64,000 nt of DNA from an uncultured Acidimicrobiaceae bacterium (GCA_964617995.1 CAZTXD010000001.1:6383-70382), one strand, 5' to 3'. Counted from the stretch's first letter, positions 39,117 through 48,436 are shown. Notes: generated by a model not told the origin, from the letters alone. Numbers and translations: made by a program.

Positions 39117-40724
39117 TCACAGCAGCAGATCCGAGTACTGATCTCTCAGGACCTTCTTGTCGAACTTGCCGGTGCCGGTCTTGGGAATCTCGTCGACGAA
39201 GATCACCTTGTCGGGGAGCCACCAGGAGGCGACTCTCCCGGCCAGGAAGTCGACCAATGCCTCCTCTGTCACCTCCGAACCGGGGGCTCGGACCACGAAC
39301 GCCCCCGGTCGCTCCTGCCATTTGGCGTGTTTGAGCCCCACGACCGTTGCTTCGGCGACCCCGGGATGCGCCATCAGCGTGTTCTCCAGATCGAGCGAGG
39401 AGATCCACTCACCGCCCGATTTGATGACGTCCTTGGCCCGATCGGTGATGTGTATATAGCCCTCGGGATCGATCTTGCAGACGTCCCCCGTTCGCAGCCA
39501 GCCATCGACGAACGATCGAGGTGAACGCGGGTCCTGGTAGTACTCCGCCGCGATCCAGGGGCCCCGTATCAGCAGCTCACCGAAGGCCTCGCCGTCGTGG
39601 GGCAGGGATTCTCCGGCGTCGTCGACGATCCTCACCTGCAGCCCCGGTATCGGCAGGCCGGCCGTCTCCAGGTAGTCGAGCTTGCGCTCCCAGTCCCAGT
39701 CGGCCATGTGGGGCTTCAGTGTCGCCACCGATGCGACCGGGTTCGTCTCGGTCATACCCCACCCCTGCTGGACGAGGATTCCCCGGTTCCTCCAGTACCA
39801 GTCGATCATCGCCCGTGGCACCGCCGACCCACCACAGAGGAACGCCCGCATCGACGACAGGTCCGCCTCGGGATGGTCGGTGAGATACTGCTGAACGCCC
39901 AGCCATACCGTGGGCACACCGGCGGAGAAGGTGACCTTCTCCTCCGAGAAGAGGCGCACCAACCCCTCCGGGCTCAGGTCGGGACCGGGATAGGTGAGCT
40001 TGGCGCCTTGGGTGGTGGCCATGAATGGATAACCCCACGCCGCGGCGTGGAACATCGGTACCACCGGTAGGACGTTGTCGTCCGAACCGATGGGGAAGTT
40101 GGCCAGGTTGGAGACAGTGTGCATGTAGGTGGAGCGTTGGGTGTAGGCAACGCCCTTGGGATTGCCGGTGGTACCCGACGTGTAGCACAGCATCATCGGA
40201 GAGCCCTCGTCCAGCTCGGGCCATTCGTCGACCCCGTCGGCACCTTCGATGAGCTCCTCGTAGGCGACGGACCCGGGGAGGCGCTCGTCCGCCTCGTCGC
40301 CCATCACCACGAAATGCTCCACCGTGGGCAACTCGGGAACGAGCGGAGCGAGGAGTGACACGAGATCGGGATCGACGAAGAGTGCCTTGTCGCCCGCATG
40401 ACCCACCACATAGGCGATCTGGTCGGAGAAGAGGCGGATGTTGACGGTGTGGCAGATCCGCCCGGTGTTGGCCAGGGCCCAGTAGAGCTCGTGATGGCGG
40501 ATGTTGTTCCAGGCAAAGGTCCCCACCGCCTCTCCCGTCTCGACTCCGAGCCTGCTCTCCAGGGCGGAGGCCAGGCGGCGGATCCGCTGATCGGTATCCC
40601 GGTAGGTGGTGTGAGACACGGTCAGGTCGTGCTCGACCGACACGATCTCGCGATCGGGATGGAGCCGCACCGCCCGGTCGTAGAGGGTGGACAGGAGCAG
40701 CGGGAAGTCCTGCATGTGGGACAT
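39117..40724 (-). CDS. fadD: Long-chain fatty-acid--CoA ligase (AMP-dependent synthetase)
   Basis: 535 aa with the AMP-binding motif YTSGTTGNPKGV. Confidence 0.85.
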   Translation of the reverse strand: MSHMQDFPLLLSTLYDRAVRLHPDREIVSVEHDLTVSHTTYRDTDQRIRRLASALESRLGVETGEAVGTFAWNNIRHHELYWALANTGRICHTVNIRLFSDQIAYVVGHAGDKALFVDPDLVSLLAPLVPELPTVEHFVVMGDEADERLPGSVAYEELIEGADGVDEWPELDEGSPMMLCYTSGTTGNPKGVAYTQRSTYMHTVSNLANFPIGSDDNVLPVVPMFHAAAWGYPFMATTQGAKLTYPGPDLSPEGLVRLFSEEKVTFSAGVPTVWLGVQQYLTDHPEADLSSMRAFLCGGSAVPRAMIDWYWRNRGILVQQGWGMTETNPVASVATLKPHMADWDWERKLDYLETAGLPIPGLQVRIVDDAGESLPHDGEAFGELLIRGPWIAAEYYQDPRSPRSFVDGWLRTGDVCKIDPEGYIHITDRAKDVIKSGGEWISSLDLENTLMAHPGVAEATVVGLKHAKWQERPGAFVVRAPGSEVTEEALVDFLAGRVASWWLPDKVIFVDEIPKTGTGKFDKKVLRDQYSDLLL

Positions 40725-41359
40725 CAGGTCACCTCGTTGCCGAGAGCGCGCTTCTCCGCCTCGAACTCCTCATCCGTCAGCTTCCCTTCGTCGTGCAAGC
40801 GGGCCAGTATCTCGAGCTGTTGTGCCTTGGAGATCGTGCCGGCGTCGCCCCGTTCCAGTTGCATCATCCGCTCCTCCCGTACCCGATAGATGACCGTCTG
40901 CATGTCCTCCGGCTTGGGGACGTCGCGGTAATGGCTTTGGCCCATCTCCCCCGCCGACTCGATGAGGAGGTCACCGGATCGGATCATCCTCTCCCAGAGA
41001 GACTGCTGGAACGACACATCGTTGATGACCTCCAACGGGATCTCCTTGCCTTCCCGCGACAGGATCCCGGCGCGATAGATGACCCTCTCGTTGGTGATGA
41101 CGTGTTGGGTGAACCACCAGGCCAGCAGGCCCCGGATGACGAGCAGCACCCAGATCACCCCCAATCCGAGCATCACCCAGCCGCGGTACTCGAAGTCGAA
41201 TAGCGTGGCGAGGAGCACGAGGATGACCACCACGGCAACGCTGAGGACGATCTCCTTGATGATCCGGCTCCAGTGGGGCCGGAAGTCCATCACGACTTCC
41301 TCGTCGGGGCTCAGTAGACGTTCCGGGTAGGCCATGGGGGCAGCATACTCAGCGACCAC
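40724..41359 (-). CDS. Membrane bPH_2 (YdbT-like PH) domain protein with C-terminal SHOCT domain
   Basis: 211 aa. Two TM helices, a PH-like region, and C-terminal SKAQQLEILARLHDEGKLTDEEFEAEKRAL (SHOCT). Its stop overlaps the fadD ATG (TGATG). Confidence 0.5.
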   Translation of the reverse strand: MVAEYAAPMAYPERLLSPDEEVVMDFRPHWSRIIKEIVLSVAVVVILVLLATLFDFEYRGWVMLGLGVIWVLLVIRGLLAWWFTQHVITNERVIYRAGILSREGKEIPLEVINDVSFQQSLWERMIRSGDLLIESAGEMGQSHYRDVPKPEDMQTVIYRVREERMMQLERGDAGTISKAQQLEILARLHDEGKLTDEEFEAEKRALGNEVT

Positions 41360-41407
41360 CCCGCGCCCGGGGTGGGGTCATAGACCCCGATGCGCCTGGT
41401 TTGCCTG

Positions 41408-41776
41408 CTACATGCGGACTACCGAGTGATTGTTACCGGCGGGATCGGTGAACCAGGCGATGTCGCGTTCGGGCCGCCGGACGATGCCCTTGTCGTCTGC
41501 GCCGTACTCGTCGTATCGGAGGAAGCGCACACCTCGAGCGGAGAGCCCGTCCACGGCCTCGTCGATGTCTTCGACGACGAAGTTGAGGACGGTGAAGGTG
41601 GCGGGAACATGATCGGGCTTGGGGTATAACAGCACGTCGTTCCCGCCGGCCAGATGCAGCCACAGGACCCCCGCCTCGCCGGAGACCTCGAGGCCGAGGG
41701 TCCCGCCGTAGAACTCCTCGGCGCGGTCCACGTCGTCGACCGAGAAACTGGTCCTCACCGTGGATTCTTCGAGCAT
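41408..41776 (-). CDS. VOC/glyoxalase-family protein
   Basis: 122 aa from an internal ATG (MLEESTV...). Shows a glyoxalase/bleomycin-resistance fold pattern. Confidence 0.55.
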   Translation of the reverse strand: MLEESTVRTSFSVDDVDRAEEFYGGTLGLEVSGEAGVLWLHLAGGNDVLLYPKPDHVPATFTVLNFVVEDIDEAVDGLSARGVRFLRYDEYGADDKGIVRRPERDIAWFTDPAGNNHSVVRM

Positions 41777-41912
41777 CGTCGTTGACTCCTCCTGTCGTGC
41801 TGGGAAGCAAGGTACGGGCTCAGACCCTCTCTGTCGTCGTGGAAACAACCCATTTCTGCCTGCGGGCCGTAGGTGATTCTGCTGACACGGCTGATCGGCC
41901 CCGCCGTCCCTC

Positions 41913-43628
41913 TCACACCAGGGAGTGCCGGTGGGCGAAGGCGGTGGCGGCAGTACGCGTGGTCACCCCTACCTTGGTCAAGATGCTGCTCACATGGGAG
42001 TCCACGGTCCTCACCGAGACAACCAACTCATCGGCCATCTCCTTGTTGGTGAGACCCGAGGCGAGCAATTCCAGCACCTGCAGCTCTCGCGGGGTGAGCC
42101 CCTGGGGAGCAGCCGGAGAGGCCTCGCGGGCATCGACCTGGTAGGAGGCGACTTCCGGATCCGCCCCCAGGGCGACGAGGACTCGGTTTGCAGAATCGGA
42201 TTCGAGTCGAGCGGTGTCCTCGTCGTCGAGCATCTGGCAGCACTGCGCGATGAGCGATCGGGTCCGTGCCTCCTCGTATCGGAGGCCGAGGTGCCGCCAT
42301 ACCCGGCTCGCCTCGCGCAGCGGGGTCAACGCCTCCAATGGGTCGGCCTGAGCGAGCGAGAGGGCGCCCCGGGCATGTCGTGCCGCCGCCTCCAGGGCGG
42401 GCAAGCCGCACTGACCCGCTGTCTCGCAGAGCTCCTCAGACGCCGCCGATGCCCCGCTCGTATCTCCCGAACGGAGCTGTATCTCGATGCGGGCAGGGAG
42501 CAGCCGGGCCTGTTGCCACCAGCCGTTGGCCTCGGCCAAGGCCCGATCGATCGACGCCCCGGCGGTGCCGATGTCGCCTTCGGCCATGCGGAGGAGAGCG
42601 AGGCCGGGCTGGGGGTCGAGACCGCGTCGGCTCACCTCCTCATAGGCAACCCCGGCGGCAGCCATGTCACCCCGCAGGCGGGAGATCTCAGCCCGGCGAT
42701 AGTGTGCCCTCGCCGCGGCGATCGGGTCTGTCTCGGCGAGGGACTCCTCGCACGCTGCCAGTGCCGACTCCAGTGCCTCGTCCCATCGTCCCTGGAGCTG
42801 GTCGAGCGTTGCCCGGTGAGCGCAGGCCCGAGCCCGGAAGCCCCTCAGTCCGTGCTGGCGCCGACACCAAGCGAGAAGATCCCGAGTCCAGTCATCGAAA
42901 CGTCGCATATCGAAGACCTCCTCGCTCGCCTCGACCGCCGAGCACAGGACGATCCCGGCAATCGGGGCAGAGACCCCGCCGGTGAGGACCATCGTCACCG
43001 ACTCGTCGATGGAGGCCATCCCCTCGGGGATCCTCCCCGATCTCAAACCGACGCGACCGTGAATCGTCGACGCCAGCGCCAGCACCTCCCGGTCGTCGAA
43101 CCGACGGCCGATCTCGACTGCGCGCGCCGCCATGGTGGCGGCTCCGTCGAGATCGGCCCCCATCGCCAGACGCTCGAATGCCCCCGGTATGAGGAGGAAG
43201 CCGCGCTCGGCGCATTCGCCTTCGTTCTCCAACAGCTCGGAAGCCTGGCCAACCCACGCCGAGCAGGCGCTCACCGATGATGGGAGACATCCGGTGGCTT
43301 CGACGATGTCACCAGCGTCGAGCCGGTCCAGGCCGAACATGAGGGCACAGCGCGCCGCCTGCCGAACGTGACGTTGGCCGACATGGAGCTGGTATGCCCG
43401 TAGACGGGCATGACGAGACTCATCGGCGCGGCCCACCAGGAATGCCGAGGTGGCCAGAAGCTCGAGATGCTCGGCTCTCAGCGTGGACTCGCCGTCGAGC
43501 CGGGTCAGCCCCTCGTAGACGTCGAGCCAGCGGCCCCGTGCCGCGGCCTCCACGGCGTCTGCCGGCGATTCGACACCGACCTCTCCGGCGCTCGGTGTCG
43601 GGATGTCCGCACCCGACCGCACAGCCAT
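41913..43628 (-). CDS. LuxR-family transcriptional regulator with large TPR-like N-terminal domain
   Basis: 571 aa with a C-terminal LuxR HTH (LTPRELQVLELLASGLTNKEMADEL...VRTV). No Walker motifs were seen. Confidence 0.7.
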   Translation of the reverse strand: MAVRSGADIPTPSAGEVGVESPADAVEAAARGRWLDVYEGLTRLDGESTLRAEHLELLATSAFLVGRADESRHARLRAYQLHVGQRHVRQAARCALMFGLDRLDAGDIVEATGCLPSSVSACSAWVGQASELLENEGECAERGFLLIPGAFERLAMGADLDGAATMAARAVEIGRRFDDREVLALASTIHGRVGLRSGRIPEGMASIDESVTMVLTGGVSAPIAGIVLCSAVEASEEVFDMRRFDDWTRDLLAWCRRQHGLRGFRARACAHRATLDQLQGRWDEALESALAACEESLAETDPIAAARAHYRRAEISRLRGDMAAAGVAYEEVSRRGLDPQPGLALLRMAEGDIGTAGASIDRALAEANGWWQQARLLPARIEIQLRSGDTSGASAASEELCETAGQCGLPALEAAARHARGALSLAQADPLEALTPLREASRVWRHLGLRYEEARTRSLIAQCCQMLDDEDTARLESDSANRVLVALGADPEVASYQVDAREASPAAPQGLTPRELQVLELLASGLTNKEMADELVVSVRTVDSHVSSILTKVGVTTRTAATAFAHRHSLV

Positions 43629-43677
43629 GCCACAACCCTACCGATCCACGTGGGGTCGGGCACAGGACCGGTTCCGC

Positions 43678-44223
43678 TCACTCGGTCAGGCGATGGACGA
43701 TGAACATCCCTCCGAATCCGGGATTTCCCCGATCCCGTCGTTCGGCGTCCGCGGCGGCGTACTCGTTGACGAGCGCCTTGAACCGTTCGATGAACCCCGC
43801 CAGCATCTCGTCGTCGAGATGGAGATGGAACCTGGTCATCTCGGCCACGGAGTCATGACCGGACTCGTGGAGCTCCCGGCGAAACGCGTTGAGCATGGCC
43901 GGCTCGCCAGCGTCCTCTTCGTCGGCGACGATCTCGTCGAAGCTCAACCTCCACGACAGACCGGTGGAGCGATACGGCTTCTCGTAGGCTCCACTGGGTC
44001 CCTGGCGCACTCCGACCGACTCCAACAGCCCCGCCGCCAGCAGGAGGCGTACGTGATGCAACACGGTGGAGGGATCCAGCTCGAGACGATCGGCCAGTTC
44101 CTTGTTGGTCCTGGCACGGTCGTTGCACAGCCGCAGGATCCGCAACCGGGTCGAGCTGGCAACTGCCTTGACCTGGGTCTCGGTGGGTGGAAGCTGCCAA
44201 TCCTCCCGTCGACGTTCTTGCAT
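43678..44223 (-). CDS. ArsR-family (winged-HTH) transcriptional regulator with C-terminal extension
   Basis: 181 aa from an internal ATG (MQERRRED...) with the HTH ELADRLELDPSTVLHHVRLL. Divergent from the MFS gene. Confidence 0.6.
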   Translation of the reverse strand: MQERRREDWQLPPTETQVKAVASSTRLRILRLCNDRARTNKELADRLELDPSTVLHHVRLLLAAGLLESVGVRQGPSGAYEKPYRSTGLSWRLSFDEIVADEEDAGEPAMLNAFRRELHESGHDSVAEMTRFHLHLDDEMLAGFIERFKALVNEYAAADAERRDRGNPGFGGMFIVHRLTE

Positions 44224-44257
44224 GGACCAGCAGAATAGCCTCGGCTTGGGAACCTTT

Positions 44258-44289
44258 CCAATCAATTGGTAGATTATCCAATTGATTGG
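44258..44289. promoter_or_regulatory. Two 12-bp palindromic operator-like sites (CCAATCAATTGG and CCAATTGATTGG), centres 20 bp apart, flanking TANNNT -10-like hexamers
   Basis: AT-rich island in the 72-bp divergent arsR-like/MFS intergenic region, seen directly. Confidence 0.55.
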
Positions 44290-44295
44290 TAGGTT

Positions 44296-45549
44296 ATGCA
44301 AGTGCCGGTCGAACCTCCTCAACCCGCTCCACCGGACGGACCTTTCCTCCGTCTCGTTGCCTCCTCGGGTCTTTCCAATCTGGCCGACGGGATATTCAAG
44401 ATCGGTCTCCCGCTGGTAGCGGTCGCCTTCACCCGCTCGCCGCCGCTCGTAGCCGGGCTCGAGCTGGTGCGCACGCTGCCGTGGCTGCTGGGGGCCCTGC
44501 CCGTTGGTGCCCTGGTCGATCGTCTCGACCGTCGCCACACGATGCTGGTGTCCAATCTGGTCCGGACCGCGGCGGTCGCCGCCCCCGCGGTGGCCATCGG
44601 CGCCGATCAGGGATCGATCGGGCTGCTGTACCTCGCCGCCCTCGCCACGGGGCTGGCAGAGGTGTTCTATGACACCGCGGCTCAATCCCTCGTGCCGAGC
44701 ATCGTTGCCCGTTCGGATCTCGACCGCGCCAACGGTCGACTCTATGCCGTCGAGCTCGGCGCCCAGGAGTTCCTCGGCCCACCCCTATCCGGCCTCCTGA
44801 TCGCCGTTGCGCTGTCCCTGTCCTTTGCCGCGTCCGGTGCTCTCTGGATCGTCGCCATCGTCGTCCTTCTATCGATACGCGGCCCGTTCCGACCGGTCAG
44901 GACCGGCGAACCCGCGACGCTGCGGGCAGACATCCGGGAAGGCGCTCGGTTCTTGCTGGGCCGGCCCCTCCTCCGGACCATGGCCCTGATGGTCGGCATG
45001 ACCAACCTGGCAACCAGCGCCGTGTTCGCGGTTTTCGTTCTCTTCGCCGTGGGACCGGACTCGGCCATGCAACTCTCCGAGCCACAGTTCGGACTTCTGT
45101 TCGCGACTCTCGCCGCCGGCGCCCTGCTCGGTGGCTTCCTCGCCGAGCATGCCCAACGCCGCTTCGGTCGGGCCCGCACCCTCACCCTGTCGGTGGCGGG
45201 CATCACCGCCTACGTCGTCGCTCCCGCCTTGACCGCCAACATCGTCGCCATCGCCGTCACGATGTTCCTGAGCGGGGTCACCACGATGATGTGGAACGTC
45301 ACCACCGTGTCCTTCCGCCAGCGGGTGACCCCGGATCACCTCCTCGGTCGGTTGAACAGCGTCTACCGCCTGGTGGCGTGGGGAACCCGCCCACTCGGCG
45401 CCGTCCTCGGCGGAGCACTCGGTCAGTGGCTCGGCGTCCGTGGTGTCTTCGCCGTCATGAGCGTCCTGGCTGCGGCGACACTCGTTCCCAACCGCAGCAT
45501 CACCGAGGAGGCGCTCGTCACCGCCGAGAGCGATCCCGAATTGGAATAG
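44296..45549 (+). CDS. MFS transporter
   Basis: 417 aa with 12 predicted TM helices and an MFS-like loop motif. Confidence 0.8.
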   Translation: MQVPVEPPQPAPPDGPFLRLVASSGLSNLADGIFKIGLPLVAVAFTRSPPLVAGLELVRTLPWLLGALPVGALVDRLDRRHTMLVSNLVRTAAVAAPAVAIGADQGSIGLLYLAALATGLAEVFYDTAAQSLVPSIVARSDLDRANGRLYAVELGAQEFLGPPLSGLLIAVALSLSFAASGALWIVAIVVLLSIRGPFRPVRTGEPATLRADIREGARFLLGRPLLRTMALMVGMTNLATSAVFAVFVLFAVGPDSAMQLSEPQFGLLFATLAAGALLGGFLAEHAQRRFGRARTLTLSVAGITAYVVAPALTANIVAIAVTMFLSGVTTMMWNVTTVSFRQRVTPDHLLGRLNSVYRLVAWGTRPLGAVLGGALGQWLGVRGVFAVMSVLAAATLVPNRSITEEALVTAESDPELE

Positions 45550-46104
45550 CCCTTCTCAGAAGGAACTCCCTCGGGCGTCGTATCCGTGGCCGGCCCCTGA
45601 TTGCTACCGAGACAGAAGAAACCCCGAGGGAGCCGGACCGAAGCCTCAACCCTCTCGGGGTTCTCCACCCACTCGTCAGCCGGGTCGAAACCCTGCTCCC
45701 GGTGGGAGCGGCTGCCGCCTCTCGGTAGCAGCCTGACGCGGTCTTTCGACCGCTCGGACCCCCGTCTCCGAGGACCCCAGGACCGTCCGGCGAATCGTGG
45801 CCAATGGCCGCCGATCCGACGCTTCCGGGGCCTGAGCCCCGGATCCGCTCCGGCCGTGAAGCCGGTCCGGGCCGGACCCTCCGCACCCACCGTCTCAGGT
45901 GGGCCCGGACCCAGTCGGGAGTTGCCTCCCGATCCGGGCGCTGAGGGGTCTCCCCCAACAGCGACGATGGCAAGGTAGATCCTCACCGTCATCGAATGCA
46001 AGCCAGCAGCCTGATTGTTTTTCGCGAATAGCAGCCTGTTTTTCGCGTTCGTTTCTGCAATAACCCTCCGTTTCGAGAGCGCGAAAAGAAACCGTGTGTT
46101 CAGC

Positions 46105-46134
46105 TTGACGACACCTCCCGGAGCGCCCTAACTT
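46105..46134 (+). promoter_or_regulatory. Sigma-A-like promoter candidate (TTGACG -N18- TAACTT)
   Basis: Good -35 and TANNNT -10 hexamers in the AT-richer part of the 820-bp non-coding region. Preceded by TTTTCGCG motif repeats. Confidence 0.35.
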
Positions 46135-46140
46135 TCCAGT

Positions 46141-46299
46141 CACCGGATCGGGGGCGACCCCGGACCGGCACCACAGTCGCCGAGAGGCGGCAGTGGGAGG
46201 TCTCTCGGAGACCGGGCTTTCGGGTCCGGAGTGCGGGAGATCGGGAGGCCCCGAGAGGGTAGGTGCTTACGCACAGACTTTCTCGGGGCCTTTTCTTTC
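46141..46299 (+). ncRNA. Candidate small RNA, or 5' attenuator/riboswitch leader of the downstream nuclease gene
   Basis: Runs from the predicted transcription start to a 13-bp GC stem (GGCCCCGAGAGGG...CTTTCTCGGGGCC) plus a CTTTTCTTTC T-tract at about 46247-46299. Contains internal hairpins, including one with a GCGA tetraloop. No protein ORF is present. Confidence 0.3.
46247..46299 (+). terminator. Rho-independent terminator-like hairpin plus T-tract
   Basis: 13-bp stem (2 G-U pairs), an 18-nt loop, then TTTTCTTTC. Lies 70 nt upstream of the ATG at 46369. Confidence 0.5.
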
Positions 46300-46368
46300 A
46301 TACCGGTCACCGTCACCGCGGCCCGGAGAACTACATCTGTGTCACTCTCACCGGGTAGGGTGCCGCCC

Positions 46369-47139
46369 ATGACGTTGGCGACAGAACCCCTGGAGACACT
46401 GTCACCGAGCAGGGCCGGAGACTTCAAGACCTGCCCTCGACTGTTCAAGTTCCGTGCCATCGAACGTCTCCCAGAGCCCACCACCGTGCATCAGGCACGT
46501 GGCACGACGGCTCACGTCGCCCTCCAGCGTCTCTTCGACCTGCCGGCAGGCGACCGCTCCCCCACCCGGCTCTTCGATCTGTTCCGGGAGGCCTGGGCCG
46601 AGCTTCGAGTCGAAGCCGAGTACCGGGACCTGTTCCCGTCGGTCGACGAGGAGCGTCGATGGGGCGTCGAGTCCCTCCAGCGGCTCGCCAACTACTTCGA
46701 GGTCGAGGATCCCGCGGTCATCGAGCCCATGGAACGGGAGAAGGAGATGTTCGAGGATCTGGACGGCATCGTCATCCGGGGGATCCTCGACCGTCTCGAC
46801 CGTGACTCCGAGGGACGGTTGGTCATAACCGACTACAAGACCGGGCGGGCCCCACCCGAGAGATACGCCCTGGGCTCGTTCTTCGCCCTCAAGATCTATG
46901 CCCTCCTCATCCGGCAGATCGAAGGCGAGACACCGGTCGAGGTTCGCCTCCTGTACCTCGACGGCCCGACCCTCTATCGCTGTCCGGTGGACGACAACGG
47001 CCTCGATGCCATGGACCGCCAGCTCCGGGCGTTGTGGCAGCGCATCGAGTGTGCGATCGTCGATGACCGCTTTCCGCCGCGGCCGGGTCGTCTGTGTGAT
47101 TGGTGTGCGTTCCGGGACCGGTGCCCTGCCTTCGAGTAG
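46369..47139 (+). CDS. PD-(D/E)XK nuclease, Cas4/AddB-type with 4-Cys cluster
   Basis: 256 aa from an internal ATG. N-terminal Cys (TCPRLFK) plus C-terminal CDWCAFRDRCP, the Cas4/AddB nuclease Fe-S arrangement. Predicted RecB-like nuclease core. Confidence 0.6.
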   Translation: MTLATEPLETLSPSRAGDFKTCPRLFKFRAIERLPEPTTVHQARGTTAHVALQRLFDLPAGDRSPTRLFDLFREAWAELRVEAEYRDLFPSVDEERRWGVESLQRLANYFEVEDPAVIEPMEREKEMFEDLDGIVIRGILDRLDRDSEGRLVITDYKTGRAPPERYALGSFFALKIYALLIRQIEGETPVEVRLLYLDGPTLYRCPVDDNGLDAMDRQLRALWQRIECAIVDDRFPPRPGRLCDWCAFRDRCPAFE

Positions 47140-47158
47140 GGCCCTATCTCGAGCCGCA

Positions 47159-48436
47159 TCAGGGGAAAATGCCCCGTACCAGTTTGGCGTCTGCCACCCG
47201 TCGGATCCCCTTGATCAGTGCAGCCGTGCGCATGTCGACGTTCTCGGCGTTGGCGATCGATAGAACATCGTCGAAGGCCCTGGTCATGATCTCGCGTAAG
47301 CGGCCGACGATCTCGTTCTCCGACCAGAAGTATTTCTGGACGTCCTGAACCCATTCGAAGTAGCTGACGGTGACGCCGCCGGCGTTGGCGAGGATGTCGG
47401 GAACGATGAACACCTCCCGATCGCGGAGTAAGTCGTCGGCGTCCAGGTTGGTGGGGTTGTTGGCGCCTTCGATCACGATCCTGGCCTGGATCTCCTTGGC
47501 GTTCTTGTCGTTGATCACACCCTGGAGAGCAGCGGGCACCAACACATCGCAGGGAACCGTGAACAGCTCCGACCCGTCGATGTGCTGGGCGTCGGGATAA
47601 CCCTCGAGCACACGGTGTTCATCCACCCACTTGCCGGCCCCGGCGATGTCGAGACCGTTCTCGTCGTAGACGGCGCCGGAGACATCGGAGACGGCCACGA
47701 CCTTGCATCCCATCTCCACCGCCGACACGGCGGCGTAGCGACCGACGTTACCGAACCCGTGGATGGCCACCCGGGCACCCTCCGGGCTCATACCGATGTG
47801 GTGGGCTGCCTGGGGCAGGAGGAACATCAGTCCCCTCCCGGTGGCCTCCCGGCGGGCGACGCTCCCTCCCAGGGCCGGGGGCTTGCCGGTGACGATGGCG
47901 GGCACGGCATGACCGACGTGCTGGGAGTACGTGTCCATGAGCCACGCCATCACCTGCTCGTTCGTTCCCATATCGGGAGCCGGGATGTCGGTGTTGGGTC
48001 CGATCACGTTGATGATCTCCATCGTGAAACGACGGGTCACCCGCTGCAGCTCTGCCCTGGACAGAGCCATGGGATCGACGCGCACCCCTCCCTTGGCACC
48101 CCCGAAAGGGACCCCGACTATGGCGCACTTCCACGTCATGAGCATCGCCAGAGCCGCCACCTCGCCCAGGTTGACGTCCCCGGCGAAACGGATACCGCCC
48201 TTGGTGGGGCCCATGGTGGTCAGATGCTGGACGCGATACCCGAAGAGCGTGTCCACATCCTCATAGGTGTCGTGACGAAACGGGAAGGTGACGACCGTTG
48301 CCTTTTGAGGAAAACGCAGCCGTTCCGCGACGTTGTCGTCGAGACCTATGAGAGTCGCCACCCGGTCGAATTGGCCCACCGCCTCCCGATACATGGGAGA
48401 CTCCCACTCCAGCATGTTGCCGTCGAAGGACGTCAT
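47159..48436 (-). CDS. gdhA: NADP-specific glutamate dehydrogenase
   Basis: 425 aa. Glu/Leu/Phe/Val dehydrogenase family with the GGAKGG motif and a Rossmann domain. Confidence 0.85.
   Translation of the reverse strand: MTSFDGNMLEWESPMYREAVGQFDRVATLIGLDDNVAERLRFPQKATVVTFPFRHDTYEDVDTLFGYRVQHLTTMGPTKGGIRFAGDVNLGEVAALAMLMTWKCAIVGVPFGGAKGGVRVDPMALSRAELQRVTRRFTMEIINVIGPNTDIPAPDMGTNEQVMAWLMDTYSQHVGHAVPAIVTGKPPALGGSVARREATGRGLMFLLPQAAHHIGMSPEGARVAIHGFGNVGRYAAVSAVEMGCKVVAVSDVSGAVYDENGLDIAGAGKWVDEHRVLEGYPDAQHIDGSELFTVPCDVLVPAALQGVINDKNAKEIQARIVIEGANNPTNLDADDLLRDREVFIVPDILANAGGVTVSYFEWVQDVQKYFWSENEIVGRLREIMTRAFDDVLSIANAENVDMRTAALIKGIRRVADAKLVRGIFP

Noticed and set aside
45550-46368. Considered whether the 820-bp gap encodes RNase P RNA, tmRNA or SRP RNA.
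   Set aside because: The hallmark sequences were not found on either strand: GGAAAGUCCGG for RNase P, the tRNA-like GGUUCGA...CCA end and tag-peptide ORF for tmRNA, and the SRP domain IV motif.
46369-47139. Considered whether the Cas4-like nuclease indicates a CRISPR-Cas locus.
   Set aside because: There are no repeats, spacers or other cas genes. The context, adjacent to adnAB, indicates a DNA-repair role.
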